A stretch of 64,000 bases of DNA from Candidatus Woesearchaeota archaeon (GCA_016932315.1 JAFGDD010000008.1:8588-72587), one strand, 5' to 3'. Shown: positions 36,173 to 46,240, numbered from the stretch's first letter. Numbers and translations: made by a program. The notes: generated by a model from the sequence alone, not told the origin.

Positions 36173-37549
36173 ATGCTTAGATACGTCATTACTCTTAACA
36201 ATGTGAACCAGGCAGATGTCCAGCACCTCGGCTTCAGGGCAGTAGACTTGGCTAATATTAAGGAGAAAAGGCTTAATATTCCCTTAACATTCGTTGTTAA
36301 CAGCCAGGCTTTTGAGGATTTCTTGGATGAGAATAATATCAGGCAGAAAGTTGAGAGCATAATCAAGGAGGAGAAGCCTGCAGATGCTTATGCCTTGATT
36401 GCAGAGCTTTTCTCAAAGTCAGCATTGCCTAAGGAGCTGGAAGCAGAGCTTTATGATGCTTATGAGTCATTAACCATTGAGCCAGGAGCAGATGCCAGCA
36501 GCATAGTTTCAAAATGGGATTTCCCGTTTGTCACATTGTTCAGGAGCACTAATTACTTGTTAAGCACAGAGGATGATGAAGGTATTGTGCAGAATGTTCG
36601 CGGCAAGGAAAATGTTGGTGCTGCATTGAAGTTTGTCTGGGCTTCGCTTTATTCTCCGCGCTCAGCCATTTACAGGGATAAGTCAGGCATTAAGCCTCCT
36701 TTTAGTACTGGCGTGATAGTGCAGAAGATGAAGAAGATAAGGCAGAGTGCAATTGCTTATTCGCGCTGCGAAGATGATGAGAAAACCATACTTGTAAAAT
36801 GCTTTTTCGGCTTGCCTGATTATGGCTTTGAAAAGGAGGTTATGGGTAAGGATGAGTTCTTTGTTGACATGAACTCACTAATGATAAAGAAAGGCGAAGT
36901 CAATATGCAGGAATACTCTATTGACAGGGACTTTGACACAGAAGAGCTCATAGCAAGGCAGTTAGGAGATAACGGGACCAATCAAAAGGTTAATGAGAAA
37001 TTGGTGTGCGAGATTGCAAGGCTTGCCAAGAGGTCCAAAAGCTTTATTGGAAAAGACATAAAAATATACTTTGGAGTAAAGGATGAGTACATATTCATAT
37101 TCCTAGCCAACAGGATGGTGGGCGGGACTAAGAGAGTGATTGAGGAAGCAGAGAATGTGGAAGTCAAGTTTGACGCCAAGGGAGGAAAAACCATCACCCA
37201 GAGCCAAGAGATTATGGGCGCGCCAAAAGAAACTAAGATAAGCTTTGAGATGCCTAAGATACTAAGCATTGAGGAGGCAAAGCAGGAGTTGCTTAAAGAG
37301 AAAAGAGTTGAAGACTGGAGTGAATCAGAAGTAGAAGTCGAAGCTCCTCCCAGAGTAGAAGTTTACGAGGAGAAAACAGCCCAGGAAGAAGAAGTGGAGA
37401 AAGAAATAAATTTAATGGAAGAAGTCCTCGGAATAAAGGAAATAACCGAGAGGATGGAAGAGCACGCGCTCAACAATAACAAGGAAGCATATGAGAGAGA
37501 AGCCAGAGAATTGAAAAGCAAGATAAGAAGGATAAGGGATGAAGAATAA
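36173..37549 (+). CDS. Stand-alone PEP-synthase/PPDK N-terminal (PPDK_N, ATP-grasp-like) domain protein with acidic K/E-rich C-terminal tail
   Basis: KFVWASLYSPRSAIYR and VIVQKM match the conserved PPDK_N blocks (ASLF..RAI.YR and VQ.MV). No phosphohistidine or PEP-utilising domains follow. Confidence 0.5.
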   Translation: MLRYVITLNNVNQADVQHLGFRAVDLANIKEKRLNIPLTFVVNSQAFEDFLDENNIRQKVESIIKEEKPADAYALIAELFSKSALPKELEAELYDAYESLTIEPGADASSIVSKWDFPFVTLFRSTNYLLSTEDDEGIVQNVRGKENVGAALKFVWASLYSPRSAIYRDKSGIKPPFSTGVIVQKMKKIRQSAIAYSRCEDDEKTILVKCFFGLPDYGFEKEVMGKDEFFVDMNSLMIKKGEVNMQEYSIDRDFDTEELIARQLGDNGTNQKVNEKLVCEIARLAKRSKSFIGKDIKIYFGVKDEYIFIFLANRMVGGTKRVIEEAENVEVKFDAKGGKTITQSQEIMGAPKETKISFEMPKILSIEEAKQELLKEKRVEDWSESEVEVEAPPRVEVYEEKTAQEEEVEKEINLMEEVLGIKEITERMEEHALNNNKEAYEREARELKSKIRRIRDEE

Positions 37550-37610
37550 TTCTTTCTATTTCTTTCAGGTAATTTTTTGAACTTTTTTCTAAACCTTTAA
37601 AAACAGCAAA

Positions 37611-38567
37611 TTGATTCTAAGCATTATGAAAGATAAGAAAAAGCACTGCCTAAAATGCGAGAAGCCGATTTACTGTTCTAACTTATGTCATCACCACTTT
37701 ATGAATTATTTTGAGAGAAAAATAATCAGGACAATACTCAAGTTTAATCTCTTCTCAAAGAAGGACAGGGTTGCAGTTGCTGTGAGCGGGGGCAAGGATT
37801 CTACAGTCTGCCTTTATGTGCTAAAAAAGCTTGGCTATAATGTTGAGGCAATAACTGTTGATGTATTGATTGGCAATTATACCAAGAAAAATCTTGATAA
37901 TATCAGGAAGGTTTGCAAGAAGTATAATATTAATCTTCACGAGGTATCCTTTAAGGACGATTTTGGTAAATCATTGCCTCAGATCGAGTCAGCAGTTCAT
38001 AAGAAAGGGATTGGTTATTCGTCATGCACAATATGCGGAGTGCTAAGAAGGTATTTGCTTAACAAGTATGCTAAGAAGCTGGGCTTTGACTGCATCTGCA
38101 CAGGGCATAATCTTGATGATGAAGCCCAAGCTTTTGTGATGAACATCTTCAGGAATGACTTGCAATTAGCCAAGAGGCAAGGGCCAATTACTGGAGCAGG
38201 AGCTAACAAGTCATTTGTCAATAGAGTAAAGCCTTTATACCTCTGCACTGAAAAAGAAACAACTGCTTATTCAAGGATGATGAAGTTCCCGGTTAATTAT
38301 GGCGACTGCCCTTGCAGGGAAGGAGCTTATCGCAAGGAATACGCAGACATGCTTGACAAGTTCGAGAAGAAATTCTCCCCTACAAAATACAATATTATAA
38401 GCTTTTTCCTTAGGACTATTTACAATATGAAAGATGAAACAGTTAGAAAAGAGAAAATAAATGATGAAATTGAAGTTAAAGAAATCAATGCCTGCCAGTA
38501 CTGCGGAGAGCCGTGCTCAAAAGAAGTTTGCAAAAGATGCGAGATACTGATTGCATTGAAAAAATAA
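37611..38567 (+). CDS. ttuA: TtuA/NcsA-like tRNA 2-thiolation PP-loop ATPase with N- and C-terminal zinc fingers
   Basis: PP-loop VAVSGGKDS, CTICG...CICTGHNLDDEAQ Fe-S/Zn ligands, N-terminal CLKCEKPIYC and C-terminal CQYCGEPC..CKRC ribbons. Confidence 0.75.
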   Translation: MILSIMKDKKKHCLKCEKPIYCSNLCHHHFMNYFERKIIRTILKFNLFSKKDRVAVAVSGGKDSTVCLYVLKKLGYNVEAITVDVLIGNYTKKNLDNIRKVCKKYNINLHEVSFKDDFGKSLPQIESAVHKKGIGYSSCTICGVLRRYLLNKYAKKLGFDCICTGHNLDDEAQAFVMNIFRNDLQLAKRQGPITGAGANKSFVNRVKPLYLCTEKETTAYSRMMKFPVNYGDCPCREGAYRKEYADMLDKFEKKFSPTKYNIISFFLRTIYNMKDETVRKEKINDEIEVKEINACQYCGEPCSKEVCKRCEILIALKK

Positions 38568-38594
38568 TTTCTGGCTGTTCTCTTGTTAGTCTCG

Positions 38595-38924
38595 TTAGAA
38601 ATCCATCCTGAATTCTTTTCCGTACACCTTGAATCCGAGTTTCTTGTAAAGCTCGTGCACAGGGCATCTTCCATGCCTGCTCGTGGCTATGAGTTTGTAG
38701 CATCCCTGCTTCCTGGCTTCTTCTATAACCATTTTTACCAAGCCAGTGCCTAATCCCTTGCCCCTAACTTGTTTTTCGACAAAAACATCTTCCATCAGGC
38801 CAAAGGGCTCTTTGTGAAGGCCATTGTTCAAGACGTAAAGATAAGCCCTGGCTACTTCTTTGCCTTTGTCCATTACAAAAAACTTGAATCCTTTACCAAC
38901 AGTTCTCATAGTTTCCATGTTCAT
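38595..38924 (-). CDS. Small GNAT-family N-acetyltransferase
   Basis: Acetyl-CoA-binding motif A VRGKGLGTGLVKMVIEEARKQG. Confidence 0.7.
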   Translation of the reverse strand: MNMETMRTVGKGFKFFVMDKGKEVARAYLYVLNNGLHKEPFGLMEDVFVEKQVRGKGLGTGLVKMVIEEARKQGCYKLIATSRHGRCPVHELYKKLGFKVYGKEFRMDF

Positions 38925-39025
38925 TCAAGGAAGAAATAGTTTATGGGTATAAAAAAATTATGAAAAAAGCTTTCATCTCCCACTATGGAAAATAAATCAC
39001 AATATTTAAAAGAAAGCTGTATTAT

Positions 39026-39370
39026 ATGGATGGTATGCAGAAAAAAAGAGGGCGACCAATCGGTAGTAATATTCGGCAGAACCTGGTTGAGATTCTTTAT
39101 TTTCACAAGAAAGCTTATGGCTATGATCTTTACAAGGATTATTGCGAATTATTTCCGAAAGTAACTTTGCGGGTTATCTATTATCATCTTAAGAAAGGCA
39201 TTTCTCTGGGAGAATTCCTGCTTGAGGGCGTTCGCATGGAGAGGGGCCGCTATTCATGGGGCGGAGAGGCTGAGAAGAAATATTATAAGCTCGGGCCTAA
39301 TGCCAAGCCAAGAGTTGATAAGAAGGTTAAGGCTTATTTTGAGAAGAAAAAAGAGGCTAGGAAAAAATAA
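39026..39370 (+). CDS. Putative DNA-binding protein (AT-hook + PadR-like winged helix)
   Basis: KRGRPIG AT-hook at the N-terminus. GYDLYKDY..VIYYHLKKGISLGEF resembles the PadR wHTH. Confidence 0.4.
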   Translation: MDGMQKKRGRPIGSNIRQNLVEILYFHKKAYGYDLYKDYCELFPKVTLRVIYYHLKKGISLGEFLLEGVRMERGRYSWGGEAEKKYYKLGPNAKPRVDKKVKAYFEKKKEARKK

Positions 39371-39381
39371 GGTTTTAAAAA

Positions 39382-40371
39382 ATGATTAGGACTTATCTTT
39401 GCATAAAGAATAAGCTTGTCAAGAATATTCCCCTTAAGAAGCTCAAGCAATACATTGGCAAGAAGAACGTCACAATATGGGCTGATTTGTTCCAAGCCAC
39501 ACCAGACGAATACAAGCAAATCCATGGCCTATTCAAATTCCACCCATTAACAATGGAGGACGTAAGAAAATCAATAGAGCTGCCTAAGGTTGAGGTTTTT
39601 GATAACTACATATTTGTAGTTTTACACAGCATAATCCAAAGCCAGCAGGATAAATACCCGAAAAAAAGAGAGATAGACTTTTTCTTGGGATGCAATTATC
39701 TTGTATCCGTACATATCCATGAATCTCTCGGGGTTGAGCATTTAGCGGAAAAACTGGAGAAAAACAATTCCGCCACTTCCCAAAAACCTGACTTCATGAT
39801 GTATGAAATTGTCGACTACTTTGTCGACCAATATTTCCCATTGCTGGAGATATGGGATGACAAGATAGAGGCGTTGGAAGCCAACATTATCTCCCAAAAA
39901 AACCTCCATAATACCTTAAAGGACATTATGTACATAAAAAGAGAGTTGCTCTACCTAAAAAAGAGCATTGCCCCTCAAAGAGATGTTATTAACAAGCTCG
40001 CTAGAAGAGACTTCCCTCTAATCCATCCTAGAACCAGCGTTTATTTCAGGGATGTTTATGACCACATCATGAGGGCTTATGCAGAGCTCGAGATCCAAAG
40101 GGACATCCTCAGCGGCAACTTTGAGGCTTATACTTCAGTACTCTCAAACAGGCTTGCTCTCATATCCAACAAGATGAACGAGGTAATGAAACGGCTCACA
40201 GTCATCGCAACCATCTTCATGCCCTTGACATTCCTCGCAGGGGTTTATGGTATGAACTTCCATTATTTCCCAGAAATCAGCTGGAGGTACGGCTACTACA
40301 TATTCTGGGTTTTATGCGTGATTATCGGGTTATTCATGTACTGGTTCTTCAGGAGAAGAAAGTGGGCTTAG
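39382..40371 (+). CDS. corA: CorA magnesium/cobalt transporter
   Basis: C-terminal two TM helices with the GVYGMNF (GMN) signature. Confidence 0.9.
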   Translation: MIRTYLCIKNKLVKNIPLKKLKQYIGKKNVTIWADLFQATPDEYKQIHGLFKFHPLTMEDVRKSIELPKVEVFDNYIFVVLHSIIQSQQDKYPKKREIDFFLGCNYLVSVHIHESLGVEHLAEKLEKNNSATSQKPDFMMYEIVDYFVDQYFPLLEIWDDKIEALEANIISQKNLHNTLKDIMYIKRELLYLKKSIAPQRDVINKLARRDFPLIHPRTSVYFRDVYDHIMRAYAELEIQRDILSGNFEAYTSVLSNRLALISNKMNEVMKRLTVIATIFMPLTFLAGVYGMNFHYFPEISWRYGYYIFWVLCVIIGLFMYWFFRRRKWA

Positions 40372-40379
40372 GCCTGAAT

Positions 40380-40511
40380 AAAAAAATTCGCCGCCATGGC
40401 CAAGATGTGAGCGAGGCTGATAGGAAGCGAAGCTTGAAAGGCAGGGACAAATTTTCTTCAGATTTTAATAATCTAAAAATTTGCTGAGCGAACGGCCAAG
40501 GCGAATTTTTT
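40380..40511. mobile_element. MITE-like element, family A (TIR aaaaaaattcgcc / ggcgaatttttt)
   Basis: Near-copy of the 33386-33519 element, in the convergent corA/SpoU-MTase intergenic region. Confidence 0.6.
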
Positions 40512-40524
40512 ATTATCAACAATT

Positions 40525-41211
40525 TTAATTTATCTTCTTCAAGAATCCCATCAGCGCATAAGCTTCTCGCTTGGTCATGAAAGACTTAGTTATCATGCGT
40601 TTCCACACCTTCTCCTGGGTTTCTTTTTTCTTCTGCAGGGTAAAATCCATCTTGTTCATTGCAATCTTGAGCAGCTTCATAATCTGCTCTTTTTCTTTTC
40701 TGCTGATAGGGGTATAGGGTCGCATCATTTCCTTAATTATCTTCTCTTTATGAATCTCATAGAGCAAAACAGCCAATGCATGGCTTATGTTCATTGACTT
40801 GTAGCTCTTGCTCGTAGGTATGGTTACCATGAAGTCGCACAGCTTAACTTCATTATTGCGCAAGCCCTCGCTCTCCCTTCCCAGTATTAGCGCTATCTTT
40901 CTCTTCTTGATACCCTTAAGCTTCTCTGCCAATTGAGCAGGAGTCATCGGGCTTCTCGGAATATTATAATCAGTTCCAAGCTTTGAAGTAGTGCCAATCA
41001 GGTAATCAAATTTTCCTAGTATGCTGAAGCCGTTAACCTTTGCCTTGTCAAGGATATAATTAGCATTTTTTGCTAATCTTCTTGATTCCTCATTAATCCT
41101 GCACTTCGGATGAACAAGAACCAAGTCTTTTAGTCCAAAATTTGCCATGACCCTTGCAACGCTGCCAACATTGCCAGAATGCTCAGCTTCAATAAGCACA
41201 ACAGTAATCAT
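40525..41211 (-). CDS. SPOUT (SpoU/TrmH/TrmJ-like) RNA 2'-O-methyltransferase
   Basis: LVLVHP, LILGRESEGL and IPTS..SMNISHA SPOUT motifs. C-terminal extension resembles TrmJ-type enzymes. Confidence 0.7.
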   Translation of the reverse strand: MITVVLIEAEHSGNVGSVARVMANFGLKDLVLVHPKCRINEESRRLAKNANYILDKAKVNGFSILGKFDYLIGTTSKLGTDYNIPRSPMTPAQLAEKLKGIKKRKIALILGRESEGLRNNEVKLCDFMVTIPTSKSYKSMNISHALAVLLYEIHKEKIIKEMMRPYTPISRKEKEQIMKLLKIAMNKMDFTLQKKKETQEKVWKRMITKSFMTKREAYALMGFLKKIN

Positions 41212-41273
41212 AAAATGAAAGAACTAGTGAGGTGTTTAAAAATTTAATTAAAAAATTAAAATCTCAAGAAAAA

Positions 41274-42458
41274 CTAGATTAATGTTTTCAGGTAATTAAC
41301 AGCATTGGTTATGATTGGAACGAATATTAGCAGTATGAAGATGAGCACTGTTAGCTTGTTAATGAAGAGCCATAGCTGCTTGGCAACTGCTTTGTTCTTG
41401 ATGAGCCTGTTGAAGAGCACTTGCAGTATTCTTGCTCCATCTGTTATGAAGATAGGCAGGAAGTTGATAAGCCCGATGTTGAAACCTATGAATGCCAGCC
41501 AGAAGAACAGTTCAATAAGCCAGGTTAGCAGTTGGAATATTATCTTGTTGGCCGGGCCAGGATTTTTCATGTCTGCTTTGTAGATGTTAATGCCGAACTG
41601 CCCTGCGCTAGTATTCTCAGGGTTTTCTCTTGCAGTTACTGGAATAATCCTGCCGTCAATGGTATGAAATGTATGCGTTGTGTTGGGAAGAATAACTCCT
41701 AAATTCTTGAAATCATCCGGCATGGTAATAGGAGTATCGTCTATCCTGGTTATGATGTCGCCATCCCTTATCCCGCTTAATTCTGCAGGCAAGCCAGGCA
41801 TTACTGTTAATTTCACTCCCTTGGTAAGCATGGCATCTGCTGCTGGCGCAAGCAAGAAGCTGAGTATCAGGAAGAATAATACACTGGTGATGATATTAGC
41901 ATTAGGCCCTGCTGCGAACACGCTGCACTGCACATGGTCCTTTTGCTTCTGCAATTTGTTCTCGTCAATCTCAACAAATGCTCCTGGTATCGGGCCGAAG
42001 AAGGCTATGCCTGTGGACTTAATCTTCTGCTTAAATGCTTTTGCAACAATGCCGTGGCTTCCTTCATGAATTATTATGATGAGCAAGAGGCTTATCCAGC
42101 CGATTATCAAAGGAAACTTGATGCCCATTCCAATAATAGGAGCTCCTGGAAGGACAGGCCCTACTCTAACAACAGTTGGCGCCTGGAACATGGTGATTAA
42201 TAATTGGATTACAAAATAAAAGACAGCCATTATTCCTATGTAGCCTAGAAAAATTCCTATGATGCCTATTATTTGGATAAGCTTTTCCTTGTTCCTAACA
42301 AACTTTTCTATGAACTTAACGCCTATCTGGGTTTTGTAAAGAGCTATAATCTTGGCTTGTATCTCAAACCTTTTCCTGTTGAAATAAACCAGCAGTATTA
42401 AGGCTAAATAGAATAATAAAACCCACTTGTACTCTGCTAAAAAACTCACAAAACTCAT
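41274..42458 (-). CDS. Site-2 protease (M50) family intramembrane metalloprotease with PDZ domain
   Basis: HExxH inside a TM helix (IIIHEGSHGIVAKAF), multiple TM helices, central PDZ-like region. Confidence 0.8.
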   Translation of the reverse strand: MSFVSFLAEYKWVLLFYLALILLVYFNRKRFEIQAKIIALYKTQIGVKFIEKFVRNKEKLIQIIGIIGIFLGYIGIMAVFYFVIQLLITMFQAPTVVRVGPVLPGAPIIGMGIKFPLIIGWISLLLIIIIHEGSHGIVAKAFKQKIKSTGIAFFGPIPGAFVEIDENKLQKQKDHVQCSVFAAGPNANIITSVLFFLILSFLLAPAADAMLTKGVKLTVMPGLPAELSGIRDGDIITRIDDTPITMPDDFKNLGVILPNTTHTFHTIDGRIIPVTARENPENTSAGQFGINIYKADMKNPGPANKIIFQLLTWLIELFFWLAFIGFNIGLINFLPIFITDGARILQVLFNRLIKNKAVAKQLWLFINKLTVLIFILLIFVPIITNAVNYLKTLI

Positions 42459-42554
42459 AATAAAGAACTAATTGCATCATCCCTTTTTATTTGTTGCGGT
42501 TATTGATGATTAATTAAGCAAAACTTTTTATAAGAATCGTATTTCTCTTCTATC

Positions 42555-43184
42555 ATGAGTGATAATCTAGAGGAGATATTGGGAAAGATTCATTCGATTG
42601 ATGATATCTTGCCTGGAAGCTTGCCAGGATATTTATTTCCAAAACTCATTGTTTTAAATCACTTAATAATTGAGCCTTATAGCGACGCTTCTGTAGGAAA
42701 CATTTGCTATTACTTGCATTTCAACAATAAGTTCAGGCTGCCCAAGCGTAGTGATAAGTCAATCAACCTTTTATCAAAGGAATCAATTGAGGCGGCTTTT
42801 GAGCCTTACAAGGAGATGGATGAATTTTTTTTAGAGCCCGGCAAGAGCGTGATTGCGCAATCCTACGAAAAGGTAGGAGTTTCAGAATGGCTTCTTTGCA
42901 AGCTCGAGAACACTTCAGCGCTTGGAAGAGTCTTAATAAACCATGCATCTCACGGATTTATTCATCCTGGACATGGAATTAACAAGCCTTTCCAGGTAAT
43001 GATGGAGTTAACGAATTTGGGCGAAAAACCTGTTGAAATTCTTCCTGCTCGTCAAGAGAATGGTGTGGTGAAAGGGCCTGAGGCGTTCAGGCTTTATGTC
43101 GAAAAGCTGCCCTATGCTGCTAGGGAATATCAAAGCGTCAGTTCTGTAAATAAGTTAAAGATGGATTCTAAAGACGGAAGTTAA
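42555..43184 (+). CDS. Hypothetical protein
   Basis: 209-aa ORF with no recognisable motifs. Confidence 0.3.
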   Translation: MSDNLEEILGKIHSIDDILPGSLPGYLFPKLIVLNHLIIEPYSDASVGNICYYLHFNNKFRLPKRSDKSINLLSKESIEAAFEPYKEMDEFFLEPGKSVIAQSYEKVGVSEWLLCKLENTSALGRVLINHASHGFIHPGHGINKPFQVMMELTNLGEKPVEILPARQENGVVKGPEAFRLYVEKLPYAAREYQSVSSVNKLKMDSKDGS

Positions 43185-43224
43185 AAAAATTAAGACTATG
43201 TTAGAACTTTAGTTTAATATTTAT

Positions 43225-43386
43225 TTACTTCTTCCTTACAGGCCTTAATATCTTGTAGTTGCATTTCCTGCACTTAACCTTGCCAGCCATTACTTTGAGA
43301 ACCGGCGCTTTTATCTTGGCCTTGCATCTCCTGCATACAAAGATGTTCTTGAAAAGCCTTCCTTCAGCTTCTGGGAATTTTACCAT
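43225..43386 (-). CDS. rpl40e: Ribosomal protein L40e (53 aa). Not in the supplied ORF track because it is shorter than 60 aa.
   Basis: Minus-strand translation [53 protein letters not shown]. The conserved N-terminal RFPEAE(A/G)RL and a C4 zinc ribbon (CRRC...CRKC) match L40e. Confidence 0.6.
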   Translation of the reverse strand: MVKFPEAEGRLFKNIFVCRRCKAKIKAPVLKVMAGKVKCRKCNYKILRPVRKK

Positions 43387-43419
43387 TATGTATCACCATG
43401 AATCTTTCATTACAAAATT

Positions 43420-43821
43420 CTAGCCTGATTTAATCTGCTTCATTATTTTTTCATTCAGTATTGTCCAGTAAACCACTGTGGCATTCTCCGCGATATTGTC
43501 TTTCAGGTCTTCTGGTATTGCGAGGTCAAAGGTTTCATAAGTCTCTGAGTCCATTACATTGGCAACATCGCCGCTTATGTTTAATACCTGGGCGTTTCGT
43601 TTCTCAATCACCGGAACATCAAGCTCGTCGTGGCCAGGCACCACTATCTGCCTTTTCTTATTGTCAATCATGCCGACAGCCTCCAGCCTTACTTTTGAAT
43701 GACCGTGCTTGCCAGGCTTTGACGTCTGGATGCCTGAAACAGTGCATGCAACACCATCAATTATAACGTAGTTGCCAACCTGAAAGTTGACCGCTCCTTT
43801 CCTCTTAACCTCACCTGCCAT
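43420..43821 (-). CDS. eif5a: Translation initiation factor 5A (aIF5A)
   Basis: Hypusine loop TSKPGKHGHSKV. Start placed at MAGEVKRKG, which gives about 133 aa. The upstream extension in the ORF track overlaps a MITE. Confidence 0.85.
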   Translation of the reverse strand: MAGEVKRKGAVNFQVGNYVIIDGVACTVSGIQTSKPGKHGHSKVRLEAVGMIDNKKRQIVVPGHDELDVPVIEKRNAQVLNISGDVANVMDSETYETFDLAIPEDLKDNIAENATVVYWTILNEKIMKQIKSG

Positions 43822-43902
43822 ATTATCACCATTAAAAATTGTATTCCTTAAAGAGATAATAAACCCTTTAAAAATCTTGCGGAAAAGATTAAGAAGCATT
43901 AT

Positions 43903-44306
43903 AAAAGTCGCCGCAGCCTGCAGCAATGCTAAGTGCGATAACAAATTTTAATTTGTTGAGAACTTGGCTTGTGGCTGCAGGGGCAGGGGCTGCCCCACAG
44001 GCTTTCGTCTCAAAGCCTGGGGATTGCAAAACTTTGTTTTGCAATATCAAAAACCAAATGTTTTTGCTTAAAGTTGTGCTACACTCGCCTTGAACATGCT
44101 CGGTAGCACTCAACGCATGGAATGGGACACCAAATCCAATGGTTTTGGGGCTCAAAATTCCATCAGGGAATTTTGTTGCTTCCGAAGGAATGCCCCATAA
44201 TAATCCTTTTACCAGATTTCATCCAAACTTGTTTTGGATGAACCAGCAAATCGAAGATTTGCTTGTTTTGTATGAAAATCTGTCGGGGGTGCCGAAGGCG
44301 ACTTTT
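43903..44306. mobile_element. Larger (~400 bp) family-A TIR element (TIR aaaagtcgccgcagcc / ggcgactttt)
   Basis: Same termini as the other family-A copies. The 5' end (gtcgccgcagcctg) is shared with the 63054 copy. GC-rich, and its only ORFs are short overlapping antisense ones. Confidence 0.5.
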
Positions 44307-44332
44307 CAAAAAAAGGCATAAGATATTAATCT

Positions 44333-45103
44333 TTATTGCTGGCTCTGAGCTAATATGAGAGACCAGTTCTGCCTTTTCTTCTTTTGCAGCTTTTTTTTCA
44401 GGAAAACTTGCTCCATAAGCCCTTCTCTTAGCACTGCGCCGAACATCCTCCTGAAAAAGAGGTGTGGAGGCATCGGGTGAGTGACGAGCTTTATCTTGTT
44501 GCGCTTCACAGCTTCAATAACAGCGTCCTTGGTCTTTGCGCTGTCTATCATGGTGTAGGTTGTTCCGAGCTCGTATAATTTGTGGGAATCAGAAGTGCCT
44601 ATTAATGGCTTGTGATATTTCTCAGCTATTAGTCTTGCCTTGGGGTTTCCTGCTATGAATTTGAATAATGGGTTTAGCATAACTTTTGTGTAGAAGTGGC
44701 TGAATTCTATTGCATGAAAACTGTTGATGTGCTGCTCTAGCTTGTTCTCAAGGCAGTGGCCTGTCAGGAAGAAGGGGTGCGGGGCTATTATAAGGGCAGA
44801 ATCCTTTATCTTGTCAAGATCATTGAGTTTTTTCAATTTTCTCAATTCTTCATTAGTAGTGTTTAATATTAATACGTCCTTGTGCTCAATGAAAGGCTCT
44901 GCGCCAGGTATTAGGAGTATGCCTTTTTTTCTTGCGTAGCTCTTTATTTCCTGGTTAAAGAATACTCTTCTGTGATGCGTTATTGAGAGTACCTGGAATT
45001 TCTGCTTTGCAGCAGCCCTTATCAGGTCTTTTGCAGAGTACTTCACGAGCCAGAAATCAAACGGGTCTTCGTGAGTGTGTAGGTGCAAATCTGCCTTGAG
45101 CAT
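44333..45103 (-). CDS. PHP-domain metal-dependent phosphoesterase
   Basis: N-terminal DLHLHTHEDPFDF His cluster. Further His/Asp ligands downstream. Confidence 0.65.
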   Translation of the reverse strand: MLKADLHLHTHEDPFDFWLVKYSAKDLIRAAAKQKFQVLSITHHRRVFFNQEIKSYARKKGILLIPGAEPFIEHKDVLILNTTNEELRKLKKLNDLDKIKDSALIIAPHPFFLTGHCLENKLEQHINSFHAIEFSHFYTKVMLNPLFKFIAGNPKARLIAEKYHKPLIGTSDSHKLYELGTTYTMIDSAKTKDAVIEAVKRNKIKLVTHPMPPHLFFRRMFGAVLREGLMEQVFLKKKLQKKKRQNWSLILAQSQQ

Positions 45104-45131
45104 GTATCATATCACCCTAATTGATTCGTAT

Positions 45132-46238
45132 CTAATCAAGCAATTCCTGCTTCTTTATCTTTTCTGGCAAGTACCTTTCAGAAATAAAGCTTATGCCTTT
45201 TGATGACAATGCCTGGATTTCTACTTTTGCTCCGAAGTCTTTCATCATCTTGAACTGGCGCTGCCATTCCTTGTGCTTGACAAACCATTCATAGTTCTGC
45301 ATCTGCTTAAGTCGTGATATGTCTTTGTCTGTTAATTTGATGAAGTGCCTTTTCAAATCATAATTTATTACATCGTCGCATGTTATTCCCAGGAACTTAA
45401 CTTGAGGTATTGCCATCTCATCTGCCATGTGAGCTAGACTAATACTGCCGAACTTGAGGACAGAGTAAATGTACCACCCCCACGGGTCGTTGTCTGCCAG
45501 CACGTAAATCGGCAGCTTGTGCTCTGAGCTTAATCTCTGCAAAAGCCTCCTTATGCCTCTTGTGGTTTGTCCTTGTGATGACATGATTATGCAGTTCTGC
45601 TTCTCCCAGAATTTATCCTCGTGAAGACGCTCCCATACTGCTGCTTTTTCCATGTAGATGACGTACTTCGCATCTACTTTCTTGAACTTTATGTTCTCCA
45701 CATTACTTGGTATTGACCATCCTCCGCTTCCTAGCTTTGACCAGTCTATTGTGTCTCCAGAGTCTTCAACAACTACCTTGCCTGCTACGCTTCCCATCTT
45801 GTTGGCGTTGACATTAAGGTTTTCTCTTGAGTAGCCGGTTATTAGCTCTAAGTCCTCGATTGCTTTGTCAGATTCTGTCTGCTCATCCACAACATTGATT
45901 TTGGTGTTAGGAATAGTTCTTTTTGCCATGTAAAAGACGTCTCTCAGGCTTGCGTGCTTGTTAACGTCGAGGAGTGCCTTTGTTATTGATGCAATCTCTA
46001 TGGTTTGCAGGAATTTTTTTGAGTGAGCAACATTGAAGAAGAACCTTTGAGCTGTCTTGTCGCCCAGAGCCAGGGTTTTGGACTGCTTGTCATAGACTAC
46101 GTTGCTTAAGCCTCTGACTGATAATTCTATGTGAGGATTCTTGCCTTTCTTTATGTCATCAATGACGCTGTAGCCTAGCTTGATTAGTTCTTTTTTTGCG
46201 TCTGCATTAGCTGCTGCTTCTTTTTTTGCTTCAGGCAT
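45132..46238 (-). CDS. top6A: DNA topoisomerase VI subunit A (Spo11-like)
   Basis: Toprim YVLADNDPWGWYIYSV and an upstream 5Y-CAP region. 368 aa. Confidence 0.9.
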   Translation of the reverse strand: MPEAKKEAAANADAKKELIKLGYSVIDDIKKGKNPHIELSVRGLSNVVYDKQSKTLALGDKTAQRFFFNVAHSKKFLQTIEIASITKALLDVNKHASLRDVFYMAKRTIPNTKINVVDEQTESDKAIEDLELITGYSRENLNVNANKMGSVAGKVVVEDSGDTIDWSKLGSGGWSIPSNVENIKFKKVDAKYVIYMEKAAVWERLHEDKFWEKQNCIIMSSQGQTTRGIRRLLQRLSSEHKLPIYVLADNDPWGWYIYSVLKFGSISLAHMADEMAIPQVKFLGITCDDVINYDLKRHFIKLTDKDISRLKQMQNYEWFVKHKEWQRQFKMMKDFGAKVEIQALSSKGISFISERYLPEKIKKQELLD

Positions 46239-46240
46239 TT

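Noticed and set aside
43889-44321. Two small ORFs (88 aa minus, 60 aa plus) upstream of aIF5A
   Set aside because: Entirely inside the ~400-bp TIR element 43903-44306. Ala/Gly-rich translations are typical of GC-rich repeat read-through.
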